Positions 59,901 through 64,000 of a DNA stretch of 64,000 bases are shown here, in pieces. The notes under the pieces were generated by a model. That model had not been told where the DNA came from, did not search any database, and was given only the letters and a program-made list of their open reading frames with translations. Where the stretch lies: positions 3,534,001 to 3,598,000 of the forward strand of contig JAYWIR010000013.1 in assembly GCA_036172245.1 (NCBI GenBank). The letters are read 5' to 3'. This stretch comes from Raillietiella orientalis (lineage: Eukaryota). Position 1 is the stretch's first letter, and each line of letters begins with the position of its first letter. Position numbers and translations under genes: made by a program.

Positions 59901-62900
59901 TCCTCGCACCCGCGCTAACGGCGTGGCTGTCAGCCTCCACAGGATGGAGCTGCGCCTCGGCGCGACTCGGCAGCCCTGGGAGCATTCCCGTCGGACGCTC
60001 GGGGGAAGCGCTCCGGTCCGCGACTTCTCCCGCAGCCATGGGGTCGCCACCAAACTGCGTCTCGTCGCGACCTCTTCCCCCCCCGTCCGAGCGTTCCTTT
60101 CGGGGAAGTGTCGCCCCTGCAGCGGGACATTCCCTGCGACACAGCACCGTCTTCCTCGAGCGCCTTAGCCAGAAGTTGCCACCCTGCCGGAGTGGGGAGG
60201 GTCAGAGGGCTCGGCGAATGCGCTACCCAGCCTAGTTGGCACCACCAAGATCTACTGGGTCGCCAACTCACTTAAAAGGGACAGAAGCAGGAGAGTCTCG
60301 AGATTGTGTGGACACCGCGCTGCCGAAGAGGACCATCGAGGCGGTGACTCCTTTTCGGTGACACCGCGTCATGCCGACCCTTCGCCTTTTTTAAAACAAG
60401 GGAAGACGGGTTAGGTCTCGCTTCCTCCGGTCCCTCTTCTTCCTCGTTCCCCGCCAGGTGCCTCTCCTGCCTCTGTCTTTCCTCCTCTTTGTGTCCCACC
60501 AGGTGCCTCTCCTGGCAGAGACAGAGACCGGAAGAAGACCTGTACCCTGTTGCTCCAGGTCTTCGCCTCCGCTCCAGTCCCCGGAAAGTGCTTTTTGCTC
60601 TTCGCCAGCTTCGCTGTACCAAGCGTCCCGAGGACTTCTGCGAGGAGGTAGAGGGCCCGTTGGGGTGACATCTACCGAGCCCCCCGGGCAGGAGCGGAGC
60701 TTGGACGGGGGCAGAAGGCCCGCACGCGCCCTTGACGGCTCTGGAGCCCTGCATCGGCGTCGGCGACGGAGGGGTGGCGCTGCGATGCCGAACGTCGAGA
60801 TATGGGCCGAGAGGGGTAGCGGCGAGGCGAATCCTTACCGGAGGAAGGGAGAGAGGCTCGTGCTGCGGCCTTTTGCGCCTCGTCCTTCCCCTTGACGCCC
60901 ATCGTCAGGGTTGGCGCAGGGAACCCATTCGCTCCCTCCCCCCCCTCCTAGCGCGCGCGGGGTGCTCGTCACGAGTGGGGCGTGCGCACGAAGAGGGATC
61001 GGCAGCCACCGCTCCCTCTCGACTTATCTGCTACCCATCTTGCGCCTTCTCTCCCATCCCGCGTGGGCGGTCTGTACACATTAGCCGAGAATAGAAGAAG
61101 AAGAAGAAGAAGAAAAAGGAACGCAGTCCGCGCGCCGCTGGTGCCGTTGGCGTCGTCATCAGAACGGAAAAGACGCGAGAAGGGAACGGGAGCAGATTTG
61201 CGGGGATCTACGGGAAGACGGTCACCCCTGACGACGGCGCCTGTGCGAAGGAAGGCGTCCCTCGGCCGCAGCAGGCCGACCGCCGCCACCAGCGGCTGCG
61301 GAGCGCCCGAGGTCACGTGATGCTGCCGGGAAAGAAGGGGGCAAGGAGAGAGGAAATCGTATCCTCCCACGCACGGGCCGGGAGTCGAGCGAGCAGCGGC
61401 TTCTGCCCGGGTGCTGCCGTGGAAACATCCAGGCGCCGGGCGGACGCGCGCCCTTCGCAGGTGCCACGCCCTCCCACGGTCCTTCCCGGTGGCGGCCTCT
61501 CCCGGCTCCAGAGCGAACCCGCAGGGAACTGCTCTCGTCCAGATGAGGACGCCCGGACAGGGAAGGCGCGAAGGAGTGGGCGCAGGGTGCGGTGAGGGCG
61601 GCGCCGCCGTCAGCTAGTCTCTTCCGCAGACAGCTCCTGGGAACGAGGTCGGACGGCGCTCTCCCCTCCTCCTCCCCGCGAGGGGACCCTCGTTGGCTGC
61701 AGGGACTCCCGGACGACCAGCACGGCTCCTACCTTCCCGTGGAACGGGTGGGAGGAGAAGACGGGGAGGGGTCGCGGGTCTTCCTCGCCTCCCCTGCCGC
61801 ATCCCCGGAACCGCGTCCGCTGGACCCACGAGGCGGCCGAGCGCCCTCGCATCCGGCAGGAGGGACGGAGGCGCGGACGACGCGCGCGGATGGTCGAGTG
61901 ACTGACTGCGGTGACGACTGGCCGCGTGACCTCATTCTCCTCCTGCGCCCCCTCTTCCTGGGCAGTGCCTCCAGGGAGACGGCGATGGGGCGAACGTCCT
62001 TCCGCGAGCGAGGAACGGGCGCGTGCCGCTCCACCGCCCACTCGAGGGTCGGAGCGAATCGATTTTTTCCGCCCTCCTCGCTTGGAGGAGGAGGAAGAGG
62101 AGGGAGGAGGAGGAGGGAGGAAAGGAGAGGAGGGAGGGGAACGTGCCAACCTTGCGTGGGAACGCGCAGGAAGCGGCGGCGTGCGCGGACGGACCCCCCT
62201 GCCCCCCACTGACCGGAAGGGAGGGACGAGATCCGCGCGGGATTGGACGACGCAGGGAGAGCGCGCGCGTAGGGCAAAAGAGGGACGGACCCACGGGCGG
62301 GGGCGTCGCGCGGGGGCACCCGCCAAGGAAAAACCTCCTTCCCTCGGGGGCTCGCCCCCGCGGGAAGAGGAGGGCGACTCCGGGAGCCAACAATGGCCGG
62401 CCACCTGGCTCATTCAGGTTGCGGACCTAATCGATCAGAGAGGGTCGCGGCGCGCGTCAGCGGGCGCGGGGACTCCCCTCTTTGTGCTGCCGTTGCCGCA
62501 GGGGGGAACCGCCGCGGTGCGGAGGCGATGATGACGGCAGCTCGCGGGAACCCGCGCGCGCGTCTTCCGGGACGTCTAGCGCGCCCCGACGCCCCACAGT
62601 CGTCCCACATTTTTTTTTTTTTTTTATTGCGTCGGCCGTCCACGTGGACGGGCGACAGAGGCGTCATTAACGTCATTATAAACAGATAACTGTCGCGAGC
62701 CCGGCGAGGTCAGGTGCCCCCGGGATAACAAATGGCACAGCACGGGAGAAAAAAGGGGAGACAAGGGAGCGGAAAGAGGAGGAAGGAGGGAGGTGGTCGG
62801 CTGAGAGGAAGGGAAGGAGGGGGCATATACGCCCAAGGGGAATTTCCGTCTGTGGGCGCGAGGGGAGAGGCGAAAACTTCCTGAAGGGCGGGCGCGCTCC

Positions 62901-63278
62901 TCTGATGACGAGAATCCTGGTGCGGCAACGGGGGGGGGGAGGGGGAATAGGAAGATCCTCTCCTCTTCCTATGTTTTCATTCCACTCCGTCCGTCATCCA
63001 CCTCCTTTTCCTTTCCTCTTCATCTCTCCCCCTCCCCTCCCCGTGCCCTCTCCCGGTCCTTGCCCTTCGACACGCTGTCCTTTGGCCTCTTCGCCACTGC
63101 AATGCTTCCCCCGAATCGCTCTGGTTGGAAGCTCGAGGGTTCCGAGGTCCTCCCGGAGCGGCGAAGCTCCCTGAGGAAGAGCTCGTGGGATTCTTCCCGT
63201 TTGCGTCTCCCTTCGGTCCAGGTCTGCGGCCGCATTTTGCGCTTCGTTCCGTCCCGGAAGGAAGAGAACGATCCCGGC
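57000..63278 (-). CDS. Candidate multi-exon gene(s) of unknown product
   Basis: Scattered coding-like, charged segments on the minus strand: acceptor CTTCCCCTAG near 63278 then ...RKREESHELFLRELRRSG; ERHLVGHKEEERQRQERHLAGNEEEE (~60510-60435); RFRKWTLASTDAPTIRFQEEFLVLNRG; WEDKEASSETKEGDSARRRTLW. Promoter-like motifs lie upstream at 63610-64000. Not assembled. Confidence 0.25.
58580..58780 (-). repeat. Degenerate purine-rich tandem repeat (3 units)
   Basis: Minus-strand units ...ggaaggaggaggcggacgaggaagg..., ...gaggagacggacgaggaagaag... and ...ggaaggaggaggtggaccaggaagg.... Two of them are followed by cggt(g/a)ct(t/c)gaagaggtgct. Confidence 0.55.
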
Positions 63279-63609
63279 TAGGGGAAGAGGAGCAGCAGCA
63301 GCAACAGAGGAGCGCCTCTCAGTCGCGACCACCCCACCTTTGCTTCCCGTCGGGGGAGGGAAGGAGGAGAAAGAGATTTTCCTCTCCCGGGAAGGAACGC
63401 TTCGGGGGAGAGGGAGCGGAGGCGCTTCCCCCTCAACGCCGCTTCCCGTTCTGCTTCTCCATCGCGAGGAGGGTCGGAGTCTCGGCTTCCCACGGAGCCG
63501 GGGCAGGGGAGGGGAAGGGACGCGGCGGGAGGGAGGGAGGAAAAGTGTGTGTGGGGGGGGGGAGGGCGAGAGGCGAGGGATGTCGCCGCTTAATTGAGAA
63601 TTTTCCTTC

Positions 63610-64000
63610 CCTCCAATGACCACTTCCGCTCAGCGACGGCAATTTCCGATCGCCCGAATGAAGCCGTCGCGCTGGACGACAACGCCGCCGCCGCTTCCGA
63701 GTCTCCTCGGAGACGACCGAGCCACACGACGTGGCTCTTGACGTCAGCTCCACGCCGCGAGCGCCCCCGCCGGTTCCATCACGGCGGACGTTCCGTGTCT
63801 TCGCCTTTTTTTTTTTTTTCCTCGCGATCGGCAGGAAGGGGAAGAGGCGGCGTGCGCTTGTTGACCGACTGCCACCGTCCGTGCCCGTCAGGACGTCGAA
63901 TTCTTCTTCACGCGGGGAGGGTCGCTGGTTCGGTCTTCGAAAGGAGGAGGGGGGAGAGGGGAAAGCATCACGAAACTGTCCGCCCGGACGCCATCTTCAC
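63610..64000. promoter_or_regulatory. Promoter-like motif cluster
   Basis: CCAAT at 63613, ETS-type ACTTCCG at 63622, CRE palindrome TGACGTCA at 63739-63746 and YY1-type GCCATCTT at 63990-63997. Confidence 0.4.

Overview
Eukaryotic DNA, most likely from an invertebrate animal (inference). Most of the window is very GC- and CpG-rich, so most of the supplied six-frame ORFs are GC artefacts. The real genes are spliced and had to be assembled by hand from GT..AG boundaries and reading phase. One gene is recognisable: an 8-exon CCDC9-like gene (42363-44033, +) with 42-83 nt introns, lying in an AT-rich, CpG-depleted island. About 330-400 nt upstream of its ATG is an inverted copy of one of its own exon/intron junctions. 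Three more phase-consistent spliced genes have no family I can name: a Cys-rich protein (3867-4651, -), a Tyr/Arg/His-rich protein (19314 to ~26287, +), and an acidic Pro/Glu/Lys-rich protein ending in two basic-acidic-Trp motifs (~30748-32409, +). There is also a single-exon orphan ORF (15829-16770, +) and several weaker multi-exon candidates. A 5'-truncated L1/Tx1-type LINE 3' end (~11390-12230) appears to interrupt one of three diverged copies of a local ~0.7-0.8 kb repeat. I found no rRNA, convincing tRNA, CRISPR array or prokaryotic system. All family assignments come from recalled motifs, not database searches.
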